DNA from: Candidatus Bilamarchaeaceae archaeon
GTDB taxonomy: Archaea; Micrarchaeota; Micrarchaeia; Anstonellales; Bilamarchaeaceae
Reading direction: 5' to 3'
Assembly (NCBI GenBank): GCA_038851325.1
Contig: JAWCKZ010000012.1
Coordinates: 1-19,913 of the forward strand
Length of the DNA stretch: 19,913 nt
A program made the translations under genes and the position numbers. The notes beneath the pieces are model-generated. The model saw only the letters and a list, made by a program, of their open reading frames with translations, did not search any database and had not been told where the DNA came from. Shown here in pieces: positions 8,480 through 17,319 of this stretch (positions are counted from its first letter, which is position 1; each line of letters begins with the position of its first letter).

Positions 8480-9427
8480 CTACTGGCATTGAATGATTCG
8501 ATTGAATATTTCCATTTCCTGCGCTATCTCACTTTTCATTCTTTCTATTTCTCTTATCCCTTTCTTATCAAGAATATTTGATTTGAGTATTTGCTCTGCG
8601 AACTCCATAAATTCTTTGTAATGTTTCTTTGGATTCTTGCATCTTGTGCCCCAGTCAAATATAGCACATTTCATCTCTCTTCCCAGACGCTCTCCATACT
8701 TTTTTATTGTGTACTCTTTTGTTTCTTCTGGCATTATGCTTTTTTCTTTCAGAAATCGAAGGTCTGTGCCGTCAGGCATGAGGTGAAAGAGCTGCTCAGT
8801 CGCTATAAGATAAAGTGTGAAATCCTTGTTTAACTCCTTCATTCTGTCTTCCATCCTTTTTATTCTCTTTGCTCCATCGCTTGAACACGCCAGAGAACAT
8901 ATTATGAGCTGCTCTATCCGTTCGTCTCTTTCGGCGGCCGCTCTCTCAAGGTCGCTTATCGCTCTTACAATAGTCGCGCCGGTGGCTATGGTATCTCCTA
9001 TGATTACCCTCGCATTTTTTGGAAGGGATTCAAAATTTTCATACGTTGAGACCGCTCTAAACTCTCCCTCGCTTCCTTCTATTCTTTGTCGTTTTATTCC
9101 GAGGAAGCATTGAGGAAGTGCATATCCGTGAACTGATTTGAATCCTGACGCAATGTTATAATAGAGCCCACCTGCAAGAAGAACGAATTCAACAACATCT
9201 TCAAACCTTGCCCCTCTTAGTCCTTTTTTTGTTGCTACCTCTACAAAAATCCTGCTGAGTTTTTCCATTTTTTCCTGAAGTTTCTTTCCTGCTATATGGG
9301 GATTATAGAGTATATCTCGAGATGCTTCTGAGCAAATGATAAACGTGTTCTCTGGTATTTCTGTATTTTCAATTTTGTAAACTCTGTAGTCTTTTTCCGT
9401 GTAATCCAATCTTATTACGTTATTCAT
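8480..9427 (-). CDS. Type I phosphoribosyltransferase-fold protein (possibly uracil PRTase-like)
   Basis: PRPP-binding loop VIIGDTIATGATI. The ATG at 9427 follows a GAGGGGG RBS; alternative GTG at 9451. Confidence 0.65.
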   Translation of the reverse strand: MNNVIRLDYTEKDYRVYKIENTEIPENTFIICSEASRDILYNPHIAGKKLQEKMEKLSRIFVEVATKKGLRGARFEDVVEFVLLAGGLYYNIASGFKSVHGYALPQCFLGIKRQRIEGSEGEFRAVSTYENFESLPKNARVIIGDTIATGATIVRAISDLERAAAERDERIEQLIICSLACSSDGAKRIKRMEDRMKELNKDFTLYLIATEQLFHLMPDGTDLRFLKEKSIMPEETKEYTIKKYGERLGREMKCAIFDWGTRCKNPKKHYKEFMEFAEQILKSNILDKKGIREIERMKSEIAQEMEIFNRIIQCQ

Positions 9428-9504
9428 ACGCCCCCTCTTTTTTCTCCTCACTCCTTTATTTGAAATCCCAGTGATTTAAAAATGTTTTTGTCAAACCTCT
9501 TTAC

Positions 9505-10550
9505 ATGACGTGTTATATTACAAATGTTTATACTACTATATTCGTAGTTCTGTGTCTTCTGTCATTTGCGCAGGTTTCATTTGCATTTCCAGATGCGCTC
9601 CGTTCTGTTGGTGCGGACTCCGCCGACTCAGTTACTCTTATATTTTATTACGGAGAAGGTTGTCCACACTGTGCACGAATGGAACCCATCGTAAAGGGCT
9701 CGCTTAATTCGACCTTTGCAAACTACACCATACATTTCACTGAAAAGGAAGTTTACTTTAATCCGAACAACAGACAGGAACTGCTCAATGTCTATATCGG
9801 TTTTGGACTTGATCCACAAAAGGGAGGAATCCCGCTTCTACTGATCGACAATCGTTCTGTAGTAATAGGAGAGCTCAGCAAGGAAAGATTTGAGGAAATC
9901 TTATTTCAGCATGTCCAAAATAGAAGCGCATCCGGTATCTTTACTCAGAATACTTTTAGCCCCTTGGAGGAACGTACTAAGTTCGTTCAGTTGACTATAC
10001 CAGTTCTTATCGGAGCTGCACTCGTTGACTCTGTTAATCCATGCACTATGAGAACCTTCCGATGTTTGATATTACAAACGCCTTTTATACTGCTGTGACT
10101 GTTCTAGCACTTGTGCTTGCAGTACTGGAGTTTATTGCATATTTTGATTACAGGCCAGGCTTCTTTGCTGTTGAGATGCCGCTTTTTCTTAGACCTTATG
10201 CAAAAGCAGCAATAGCCGGAGCGACGTCGATACCTGGCGTTGCCGCAGCAGCACTTTTCTGTTCAATTTTCCTTCTTCCATGCTCGTCTGGACCGTATCT
10301 TATGGTCTTAGCTATGCTTCAAAAAGCAGTCACGCTGAGCGCGCTTCTATATCTTGTGGTGTATAATATAATATTTGTTTTACCAATGGCTGTGATCGCC
10401 TTGGCTGTTCTGCTTGGAAAGGCGACTTTGGATCACGTGAGTGCTGTAAAAGAGCGTTATGTGCGTGAGATGCATCTTTTCGCAGGTTTAGTTCTCCTTA
10501 TTCTTTTCTTTATTATGGCATCTCAAATTTTGCACATTGGGTTTATTTAG
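9505..10550 (+). pseudogene. Thioredoxin/glutaredoxin-CcdA (cytochrome c biogenesis/DsbD-like) fusion split into two frames (9505..10098 and ~10062..10550)
   Basis: Signal peptide, CPHC motif and AALVDSVNPC in the first frame; TM helices and LLPCSSGPYL in the second. The frame changes right after NPCTM (10050-10062). Confidence 0.7.
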
Positions 10551-10601
10551 TTTTAACAAGCGCGCAGACAGATTTTTAATTGCTGCGTTTGATTTTTACT
10601 T

Positions 10602-11249
10602 ATGGAATTACTTGGTTATACGATAACAATAGATGAGTTAGCCGCTATAATTTTCCTTTTCTGTTTTTTTGCTTCTTTATATTTGAGAGAATATGCGCGC
10701 AAACTTGAGGGTAGTATTACAGGAAAAAGAATCCGCTCTATATATAGAAAAAGCTGCATAGAAACGCTGTTAAAGGAAGACAAAAATGAAACATTGATTG
10801 AGATTTTAAGGAACGGGGTGCTAATCTCTACAGCACTTATGAGTGCGATTATAATTTCCTTTGGTTTTGTTCTTGCAAAAGCCCCAACCCTTGAGAGCAT
10901 TCTTGATTTTCTTACAATGTTTAAAATAATAGCGATATTTGCGCTCTTGGTATATGCATTCCTCATGCTTCTTCTCGAAAGTCGTACATTAGTTTACATC
11001 CCAATAGTTTTCAATACATCAGAGAAATTGATAGAAAAATATGAAGGCACAAATAAGGTAATTTACGTTTCGAAATTGCTCCATGAATCGTTTGACCATT
11101 TCTCCAATGCTGTTCGAGCAATTATCTTTGTTGTAATTCTTCTGACATGGTTCTATAACGTATATCTCTTCATTACTCTTACCATTGTTCTATCTAGTCT
11201 CATGGTTATGGAAGATTTTGGAAAGAAAAGCACAATTACGATGTTCTAA
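10602..11249 (+). CDS. DUF599-like integral membrane protein
   Basis: Several TM segments; LRNxxxxSTxLxS and FSxxVRA motifs resemble DUF599. Confidence 0.6.
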   Translation: MELLGYTITIDELAAIIFLFCFFASLYLREYARKLEGSITGKRIRSIYRKSCIETLLKEDKNETLIEILRNGVLISTALMSAIIISFGFVLAKAPTLESILDFLTMFKIIAIFALLVYAFLMLLLESRTLVYIPIVFNTSEKLIEKYEGTNKVIYVSKLLHESFDHFSNAVRAIIFVVILLTWFYNVYLFITLTIVLSSLMVMEDFGKKSTITMF

Positions 11250-11336
11250 CGCAAATTACGTATGAGAAAACCCAGATGAGCATGTTTAAAAAACCTTCGA
11301 AGATAAATTATTTCCACGGCGTTAGCTCAAAAGAGT

Positions 11337-11510
11337 TCAAAAGGGACGCCTGAGGAAACCGGAGAGCCCTTTAAAAAGGGCAGAAGTTTGCCTCAGGTGG
11401 GGTTGTCAAAAGGGACGCCTGAGGAAACCGGAGAGCCCTTTAAAAAGGGCAGAAGTTTGCCTCAGGTGGGGTTGTCAAAAGGGACGCCTGAGGAAACCGG
11501 AGAGCCCTTT
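11337..11510 (+). repeat. Perfect 69-bp tandem repeat, 2.5 copies, in the rpl18e leader
   Basis: Unit TCAAAAGGGACGCCTGAGGAAACCGGAGAGCCCTTTAAAAAGGGCAGAAGTTTGCCTCAGGTGGGGTTG starts at 11337, 11406 and 11475. Confidence 0.97.
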
Positions 11511-11532
11511 TGTGAGCGAGTCGGTGATTCTA

Positions 11533-11904
11533 ATGAAACGAGCGGACATCAAAAAAGTTAAGAAGGCAAAGGAAAATCCTTTTCTCATCTCGTTAGTAGA
11601 GATGCTCAACAAAGAGAAAAGGCCGATATGGAAAAAGATAGCGTATGAGCTTTCCAGACCAAGAAGGAGCAAGATTGCGGTGAATGTGAGCAAGATAGAT
11701 GAATTTGGAAAAGACGGATGCGCGATAGTTGTGCCCGGAAAGGTACTCGGCGCAGGTAGACTTTCAAAAAAGGTTATCGTGGCTGCCTTTGCTTTTAGCG
11801 CTGCAGCAAGACAAGCTATTGAGCACGCTGGTGGAAAGGCAGTCTCCATAGAAGCCGTTCTAAAGACAAATCCTACTGGGAGAGATATAATGATACTCAA
11901 ATAG
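11533..11904 (+). CDS. rpl18e: 50S ribosomal protein L18e
   Basis: IWKxIAxxLSRPRRxxxAVNVSKI, VVPGKVLGAG, FSxxAxxxIxxAGG; GGTGA RBS 5 nt before the ATG at 11533. Confidence 0.96.
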   Translation: MKRADIKKVKKAKENPFLISLVEMLNKEKRPIWKKIAYELSRPRRSKIAVNVSKIDEFGKDGCAIVVPGKVLGAGRLSKKVIVAAFAFSAAARQAIEHAGGKAVSIEAVLKTNPTGRDIMILK

Positions 11905-11914
11905 CGGTGATCTC

Positions 11915-12328
11915 ATGATTATTATAGACGGAACGGATTGCATCTTCGGAAGACTCGCAACAAGAATCGCTAAAAAAGCGCTTTCTGGCGAGGAGGTTCA
12001 TGTAATAAACGCTGAGAAAATGGTTATCAAAGGTAATCCGAACGCTATACTGCGAAGATTTCAAGCGCGAAGAGCAATTACGCACAAAGCTAACCCAGAG
12101 CATGCACCAAAATGGCCGAAGGTTCCTCACATGCTCGTCAAGAGGATGATAAGAGGGATGCTTCCATGGCAAACCGCTCGAGGACGAGCAGCATACAGAA
12201 GAATAACAATCCATACCGGAAACCCAAAGCACCTAACAGCTGTTGATTTTCCGACAGATAAACATGATGGTATCTCGAAGGGCATTACGATTTATGAGCT
12301 GTGTAAAAATATAGGTTATAGAAAATAG
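11915..12328 (+). CDS. rpl13: 50S ribosomal protein L13
   Basis: IIDGxxxIFGRLAxxIAK, INAEKMVIKG, RMIRGMLP; conserved position in the operon. Confidence 0.96.
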   Translation: MIIIDGTDCIFGRLATRIAKKALSGEEVHVINAEKMVIKGNPNAILRRFQARRAITHKANPEHAPKWPKVPHMLVKRMIRGMLPWQTARGRAAYRRITIHTGNPKHLTAVDFPTDKHDGISKGITIYELCKNIGYRK

Positions 12329-12346
12329 TGTTTAGGGGGTTTTAGT

Positions 12347-12796
12347 ATGACAGAGAAAAAAAGGGAAAAAAAACCAAAAAAATCTTCAAAGAAAAAATCA
12401 AAAGTGATACTTGCAAGAGGAAAAAGAAAGAGCAGCATCGCCAGAGCTAGGGTTGCGAGTGGTACAGGATGCATTCGAATAAATTCCGTAAACATCAACG
12501 CCATAAACAACAAGTATATTCGTGATATCATAACCGAGCCACTTAGGTATATCGGTCCTGAAGCCAATACAGTTGATATCTCTGTTAACGTTTCAGGCGG
12601 GGGTGCCATGGGACAGGCGCAGGCAGCTAGAACGGCAATTGCAAAAGCCTTGGCAGGTTACTTTGACACTATGAACCTCAACGATAAGTTCGCTTCAATC
12701 GATCGCTCGCTCATAGTTGATGATCCAAGAAGAGTAGAGCCGAAGAAATTCAAGGGACCGAAGGCTCGTGCAAGATACCAGAAATCATATAGATGA
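12347..12796 (+). CDS. rps9: 30S ribosomal protein S9
   Basis: GKRKSSIARA, VSGGGxxGQAxAxRxAIAKAL, EPKKFxGPKARARYQKSYR. Confidence 0.97.
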   Translation: MTEKKREKKPKKSSKKKSKVILARGKRKSSIARARVASGTGCIRINSVNINAINNKYIRDIITEPLRYIGPEANTVDISVNVSGGGAMGQAQAARTAIAKALAGYFDTMNLNDKFASIDRSLIVDDPRRVEPKKFKGPKARARYQKSYR

Positions 12797-12827
12797 TATT
12801 AGTTGAGCACGTGGGGCAGGTGATGTG

Positions 12828-13022
12828 TTGGAATTCCCTGTGAGATGTTTCACATGTGGTTCTGTGATAGGGCATCTGTATGCAGATTACAAGAAGCTTA
12901 CCGCTGAGAAATCAGTAGAGGTGGCATTGGATGAACTCGGTATCCGGCGGTATTGCTGCAGAAGGATGTTCCTTTCTCATGTGGACACTATAGAAAATTT
13001 GGTGAAATACTCAAGACCATAA
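12828..13022 (+). CDS. rpoN: DNA-directed RNA polymerase subunit N (Rpo10)
   Basis: PVRCFTCG and LDELGIRRYCCRRMFLSHVD; TTG start 4 nt after GGTGA (alternative GTG at 12825). Confidence 0.96.
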   Translation: MEFPVRCFTCGSVIGHLYADYKKLTAEKSVEVALDELGIRRYCCRRMFLSHVDTIENLVKYSRP

Positions 13023-13026
13023 GGGT

Positions 13027-13051
13027 TTGGTGAACTGAGTTTGTTCACCAA
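13027..13051 (+). other. 9-bp perfect hairpin between rpoN and tRNA-Pro (processing or termination signal?)
   Basis: TTGGTGAAC-TGAGTTT-GTTCACCAA. Confidence 0.5.
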
Positions 13052-13056
13052 CGTCC

Positions 13057-13167
13057 GGGGCCGTGAGGTAACCTGGTATCCTGCAAGCTTGGGGTGCTTG
13101 TTATCTGAGTTCAAGCGGTTTTGGCGGTTTTGCATGCTGAAAACCGGAGATAATCTCGGCGGCCCCA
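13057..13167 (+). tRNA. tRNA-Pro(GGG) with a 38-nt intron in the T-loop (13115..13152, position 58/59); CCA not encoded
   Basis: Acceptor stem GGGGCCG/CGGCCCC+A, anticodon arm CAAGC-TTGGGGT-GCTTG, T-stem CTGAG/CTCGG. Removing 13115-13152 restores the T-loop TTCAAAT. Confidence 0.92.
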
Positions 13168-13243
13168 TCTTGCTTCAAAAGCATAAAAATCGAAACTGAG
13201 GTATGATAAAACAAGGTGTGGATGATAAAAACGAGGTGTGAAC

Positions 13244-14185
13244 ATGGAAAAAACAGGTTTGCCTGTTAATCAGGATGTTCTTTTAGAAGCAGGTGTGCAC
13301 ATAGGCACTAGGATAAAAACAAACGATATGAGGGCTTTCATATTTAAAAAGAGAGATGATGGCCTTTACATACTTGATCTGAGAAAGACAGCAGAACGAC
13401 TTATGACCGCTGCAAAACTACTTGCTAAATACCCGTCAGAAGATGTACTTATCGTTGCTTCTCGTATTTACTCGAGCAATCCCGCACTAAAATTTTCAAA
13501 GCTTACAGGTATCCCGTTGCTTCAAGGGAGGTTTGTACCAGGTACGATGGTTAATCTGATGTCAAAGAGATTCAGAGAACCAAAGATCATTTTTGTTTGC
13601 GACCCGAAAGGGGAAAGGCAAGCTATAGTTGAGGGTGCAAAAAACGGTGTACCAATAGTAGCGCTTTGTGATACGGATAATGAGACAAAGTTTGTGGATT
13701 TAGTCGTACCAATAAACAACAAAGGCCGACGCTCTTTAGCCCTTGTTTTCTACATTCTTGCAAGAGAACTCATGCTTTCCCAGGGAAAAATAAAATCTTA
13801 TAATGAGTTTGAGTACGATGTAGACTATTTTGAAAGGCTTGAGGAAGAAAAAGAAGAGACGGGTAAAGTGACTGTTAGGAAGATAGAGGAGACAGGGGAG
13901 AGTGGGCTATTAGGTGAGGCAGTACCTCCATCTGGCGAGGAGGAGAAAAGGGTTACTGTGGAGAAAAAGGAGGAGAGGGAGGGAGCAGGGAAGACAGGGG
14001 AAACAGAGAAGAAGGAAGGAGCAGAGAAAAAGAAAGAAGAAAAAAAGAAGGAAGAGGGAAAAACCGAGAAGAAAATGGAAGAAATAAAGGATACAGAGGC
14101 CAAGGCCAAGGAGCCGCAGAAGAAAAAGACCAGGAAGAGAGAGGAGAAGAAGAGCGAGAAGGAAACCGTAAAGGAAACTACATAA
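13244..14185 (+). CDS. rps2: 30S ribosomal protein S2 with a long Glu/Lys-rich C-terminal tail
   Basis: LxAGVHIGT, RxDGLYILD, GRFVPGT, ALCDTDN, VPxNNKGRRSLALVFYILARE. Confidence 0.96.
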   Translation: MEKTGLPVNQDVLLEAGVHIGTRIKTNDMRAFIFKKRDDGLYILDLRKTAERLMTAAKLLAKYPSEDVLIVASRIYSSNPALKFSKLTGIPLLQGRFVPGTMVNLMSKRFREPKIIFVCDPKGERQAIVEGAKNGVPIVALCDTDNETKFVDLVVPINNKGRRSLALVFYILARELMLSQGKIKSYNEFEYDVDYFERLEEEKEETGKVTVRKIEETGESGLLGEAVPPSGEEEKRVTVEKKEEREGAGKTGETEKKEGAEKKKEEKKKEEGKTEKKMEEIKDTEAKAKEPQKKKTRKREEKKSEKETVKETT

Positions 14186-14549
14186 CTTCCTCTTTCTTAA
14201 CTTCGCATCTTAGTTCTATTTTCTTCTCAAGTCGTCCGTCTATTACTCCATCCTTATTAAATGCGTAGAGGGTTGCTTCTATCTGATAAACCTGAGGCAT
14301 AGTGTAGGTGCTTCCGTATATCTTCACGGATTTTTCTACGAACTCTTTTTTTGATAGTATCCCCATTCTGATTCTGCCCTTTTTTAATTCGTTGTGTGAA
14401 CTGAGCGAGATGCCATCTGGTACCCTAACATCAACCTCACACCAAAAAGGTTCCGTACTGTGGTTCTCGGTTCTTATGATCATGTTGACATAATTTTGTG
14501 TGTACGCAAATAAAACATCCGGATGCATTCTGAGCAATAGCTTTATCAT
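14178..14549 (-). CDS. Hypothetical protein, beta-rich (possibly Ig-like)
   Basis: 123-aa ORF with GGTTGGTG RBS; overlaps the rps2 stop by 8 nt. Confidence 0.65.
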   Translation of the reverse strand: MIKLLLRMHPDVLFAYTQNYVNMIIRTENHSTEPFWCEVDVRVPDGISLSSHNELKKGRIRMGILSKKEFVEKSVKIYGSTYTMPQVYQIEATLYAFNKDGVIDGRLEKKIELRCEVKKEEVM

Positions 14550-14613
14550 AGCACCAACCTTCAGTAGGTAAAAAGTAAAATGGTTTTTAAATTATTATCA
14601 TAGAGAAATAGTC

Positions 14614-15060
14614 ATGATACCTGAATCGAAGCTTATAGAATCTGAATTAGTGATAAGGGCATTGAGGTTACCTGAGGATGTTCTTTTAACTCGAAAATCT
14701 ACGATTAGGTGGCTTGCGCTATCTTTGGGGCTCATCAACCCTAATGAAAGCCGTACAGTGCTGGTAGACCTTCTTGATACACTTATTGAATTTCATTACG
14801 CAGGAAAAAACCCAACGACTAGAGACATACTGGAAAAAATGCATGAGAAGACAGGGGAGGAGCAAAATCCCAAAGCAGTTTATTACCATCTTCAGAGACT
14901 TATTGATATGGGAATACTGACGAGGAGGAAAGGGGAGTACTCTTTTGGTGATGGTGACGAAAAAAATCTTGCTCTTCTCTTTAGAAGGATCTACGAGTCA
15001 AAAATAAATGCTATGTCGCACAGTCTTGAGCGTGCCCTCTCAAGGCTCTCTCAAGGGTGA
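14614..15060 (+). CDS. Putative winged helix-turn-helix DNA-binding protein
   Basis: C-terminal TTRDI...KAVYYHLQRLIDMGILTRRKGEYSF is a wHTH pattern; N-terminal WLALSLGLINPNESR. Confidence 0.7.
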   Translation: MIPESKLIESELVIRALRLPEDVLLTRKSTIRWLALSLGLINPNESRTVLVDLLDTLIEFHYAGKNPTTRDILEKMHEKTGEEQNPKAVYYHLQRLIDMGILTRRKGEYSFGDGDEKNLALLFRRIYESKINAMSHSLERALSRLSQG

Positions 15061-15064
15061 GTCA

Positions 15065-16312
15065 TTGGAGTTATCAGGTTTTCACAAGCTTTCGCTCTAT
15101 GAGAGGCTTGAGAAGATAAAGAAGCTCTGTAATCTCACAGAAGAGGAAGCGGATACCTTAAAACAAAGCGGTGCGCTGCACATGCCCATTGCAGACAGAA
15201 TGATAGAGAATGTTATTGGCGCTATGCATCTTCCGTTTGCGGTTGCCACCAATTTCAAGATAAACGGGAAGTATGTATTTATTCCTATGGCAATCGAGGA
15301 GCCGTCGGTCGTAGCTGGTGCTTGTAAGGCGGCAAAGCTCTGTTTGCCTGAAGGCTTTCGAGCAGATGCTGATGACTCCATAATGTTAGGGCAGATCCAG
15401 CTCGTAAGTTTGGAAAATCCATCAAAAGCAAAAAGACAACTTGAGAGCAAAAGAAGTGAGATCATACAAACAGCAGCTGCAGCGTATAAAGGTGATCCTG
15501 CTCACTGGGGAGGAATAAAAGAATTTGATGTTAAAAGGATAAAAACAAAAAGAGGAGATATGCTCATATGCGAGTTTTACGTTGATGTGAAGGATGTGAT
15601 GGGCGCGAACACAATCAATACCATACTTGAAGCGGTAGCGCCAGTGCTTGAAAAATACTCCGATGGAAAGGCGCGACTTAGGATTTTGAGCAATCTTGCC
15701 ATCAAACGAAAAGTGCGCGCGAATGCCATATGGAAGAAAGAAACGATAGGTGAGGATGCGGTGGATGCGGTGCTTGATGGCTATGAGTTTGCAGCCAATG
15801 ACATCTTTCGCTGTGCAACGCACAATAAGGGCATCATGAACGGCATTGATGCTGTTGCTCTTGCATGTGGTCAAGACTGGAGAGCAATTGAGGCTGGCGC
15901 TCATGCTTACGCGGCAATCGACGGCTATCGTCCTCTTACAAAGTTTGAAAAAACAAAATCTGGCGACCTTCTCGGTTCGATAGAGTTACCTCTTGCAGTT
16001 GGCGTGTTCGGAGGTGCAATAAACACAAATCCAACTGCAAAAATTGCGCTTAAGATTCTTGGTGCAAAGACCGCAAAAGAGCTGGCAATGGCAATGGCAT
16101 GCGTTGGGCTTGCAAATAATTTTGCAGCACTTTATGCACTTGTGACTACAGGTATACAGGCAGGCCATATGAAGTTGCATGCACGAAACATCGCAGTGCT
16201 TGCCGGAGCTAGAACCCCTGAAGAGATAGATGCCGTAGCAGCAGAACTCGTGGAGAAAAAAGATTACTCGGTTGATTTTGCAAGGTCTGTATTGGATAGA
16301 ATAAGGGGATAG
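15065..16312 (+). CDS. mvaA: Hydroxymethylglutaryl-CoA reductase, class II
   Basis: SGFHKLS, ENVIG, PMAIEEPSVVA, DVMGAN, THNKGIMNGI, GIQAGHMKLH. The TTG start lies 4 nt after a GGTGA that overlaps the upstream stop codon. Confidence 0.93.
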   Translation: MELSGFHKLSLYERLEKIKKLCNLTEEEADTLKQSGALHMPIADRMIENVIGAMHLPFAVATNFKINGKYVFIPMAIEEPSVVAGACKAAKLCLPEGFRADADDSIMLGQIQLVSLENPSKAKRQLESKRSEIIQTAAAAYKGDPAHWGGIKEFDVKRIKTKRGDMLICEFYVDVKDVMGANTINTILEAVAPVLEKYSDGKARLRILSNLAIKRKVRANAIWKKETIGEDAVDAVLDGYEFAANDIFRCATHNKGIMNGIDAVALACGQDWRAIEAGAHAYAAIDGYRPLTKFEKTKSGDLLGSIELPLAVGVFGGAINTNPTAKIALKILGAKTAKELAMAMACVGLANNFAALYALVTTGIQAGHMKLHARNIAVLAGARTPEEIDAVAAELVEKKDYSVDFARSVLDRIRG

Positions 16313-16313
16313 T

Positions 16314-17285
16314 ATGGATGGCTTTCTTTACATTCTGATAATTTTATTTTCATTCTTTGTTACCTTTGTCTTCTCTGTTATTCTCATTCCAAGATTGAAA
16401 AGATTTGGAATAACGGGCAAGGATGTCAACAAGCCTGATAAGCCAGATGTAGCAGAGATGGGCGGAATAGCGATAATCGCAGGATTTACCGCAGGTGTTC
16501 TCCTTGCCATAATCTTCAATACCTTTTTTGGTTTTCAGTTTCAGCTGGTTCCTGTCCTGGCTGGAATATTGACTATTCATTCGCTTGCATTTATCGGGAT
16601 AGTGGATGACCTTTTAGATGTTCCGCAATATATAAAGGCGTTTCTTCCTCTTTTTGCTGCAATTCCTCTGGTTGCACTTCGAGCGACTGGGAGCACAACA
16701 ATGACTTTTCCTCTCTTTGGAGTAGTTGACTTTGGCATGTTTTACATTGTTGTTCTTGTTCCGATTGGGATAGCGGTTGCATCAAATCTCACCAACATGC
16801 TAGCGGGTTTTAACGGAGTGGAAGCAGGAATGGGTATCGTAATGCTCTTTGCTGCGAGCCTGCTTGCTGCGATTCATGGGGAGAGAGAGGCACTGCTTCT
16901 CTTTTTACCTTATCTAGGTGCGCTTTTAGCGTTCTTGCATTTCAACTGGTATCCTTCTAAGGTTTTTCCTGGCGATGTTGGAAATCTTACAATCGGAGCT
17001 ACCCTTGCTGCAGGAGTTATAATAGGAAATATGGAGGCCGCAGGAGCGCTTCTTCTCCTGCCACATGTTGTTGATTTCTTTATAAAAGCATACAACAGAT
17101 TTCCGAGTAGCAAATGGTGGGGGGATTACAGGAACGGAAGGCTTTATCCGCTTGAGGGGAGGGTAAATGGCTTTGCACAATTGATAATGAAGCTTTTCAA
17201 CGGAATTTCTGAGAGGAATCTTGTTCTGTTTTTTATAGGATTAGAGATTATCGTTGCTATCATCGTTCTTCTTCTTTATCCATAG
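16314..17285 (+). CDS. Polyprenyl-phosphate GlcNAc-1-phosphate transferase (glycosyltransferase family 4, GPT/AglH-like)
   Basis: GKDVNKP, EMGG, GIVDD, NMLAGFNGVEAG, FNWYPSKVFPGD; multiple TM helices. Confidence 0.9.
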   Translation: MDGFLYILIILFSFFVTFVFSVILIPRLKRFGITGKDVNKPDKPDVAEMGGIAIIAGFTAGVLLAIIFNTFFGFQFQLVPVLAGILTIHSLAFIGIVDDLLDVPQYIKAFLPLFAAIPLVALRATGSTTMTFPLFGVVDFGMFYIVVLVPIGIAVASNLTNMLAGFNGVEAGMGIVMLFAASLLAAIHGEREALLLFLPYLGALLAFLHFNWYPSKVFPGDVGNLTIGATLAAGVIIGNMEAAGALLLLPHVVDFFIKAYNRFPSSKWWGDYRNGRLYPLEGRVNGFAQLIMKLFNGISERNLVLFFIGLEIIVAIIVLLLYP

Positions 17286-17319
17286 GCATATAATAAAAAG
17301 AAGAAAATAATGAGATAAA

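Noticed and set aside
11337..11510. Mini-CRISPR, hammerhead ribozyme (CTGAGGA) or tandem glycine riboswitch (GGAGA...GAAG...CTCAGG...AAAAGGGAC)
   Set aside because: The would-be spacers are identical. CTGAGGA is not followed by stem II plus GAAA. The glycine-aptamer CRCCGAAG segment is missing. The resemblance is only partial and needs cmscan.
15008..15064. N-terminal extension of HMG-CoA reductase in the ORF track (likewise 11512..11532 for rpl18e)
   Set aside because: Better starts with a GGTGA RBS exist at 15065 and 11533, matching the family N-termini.
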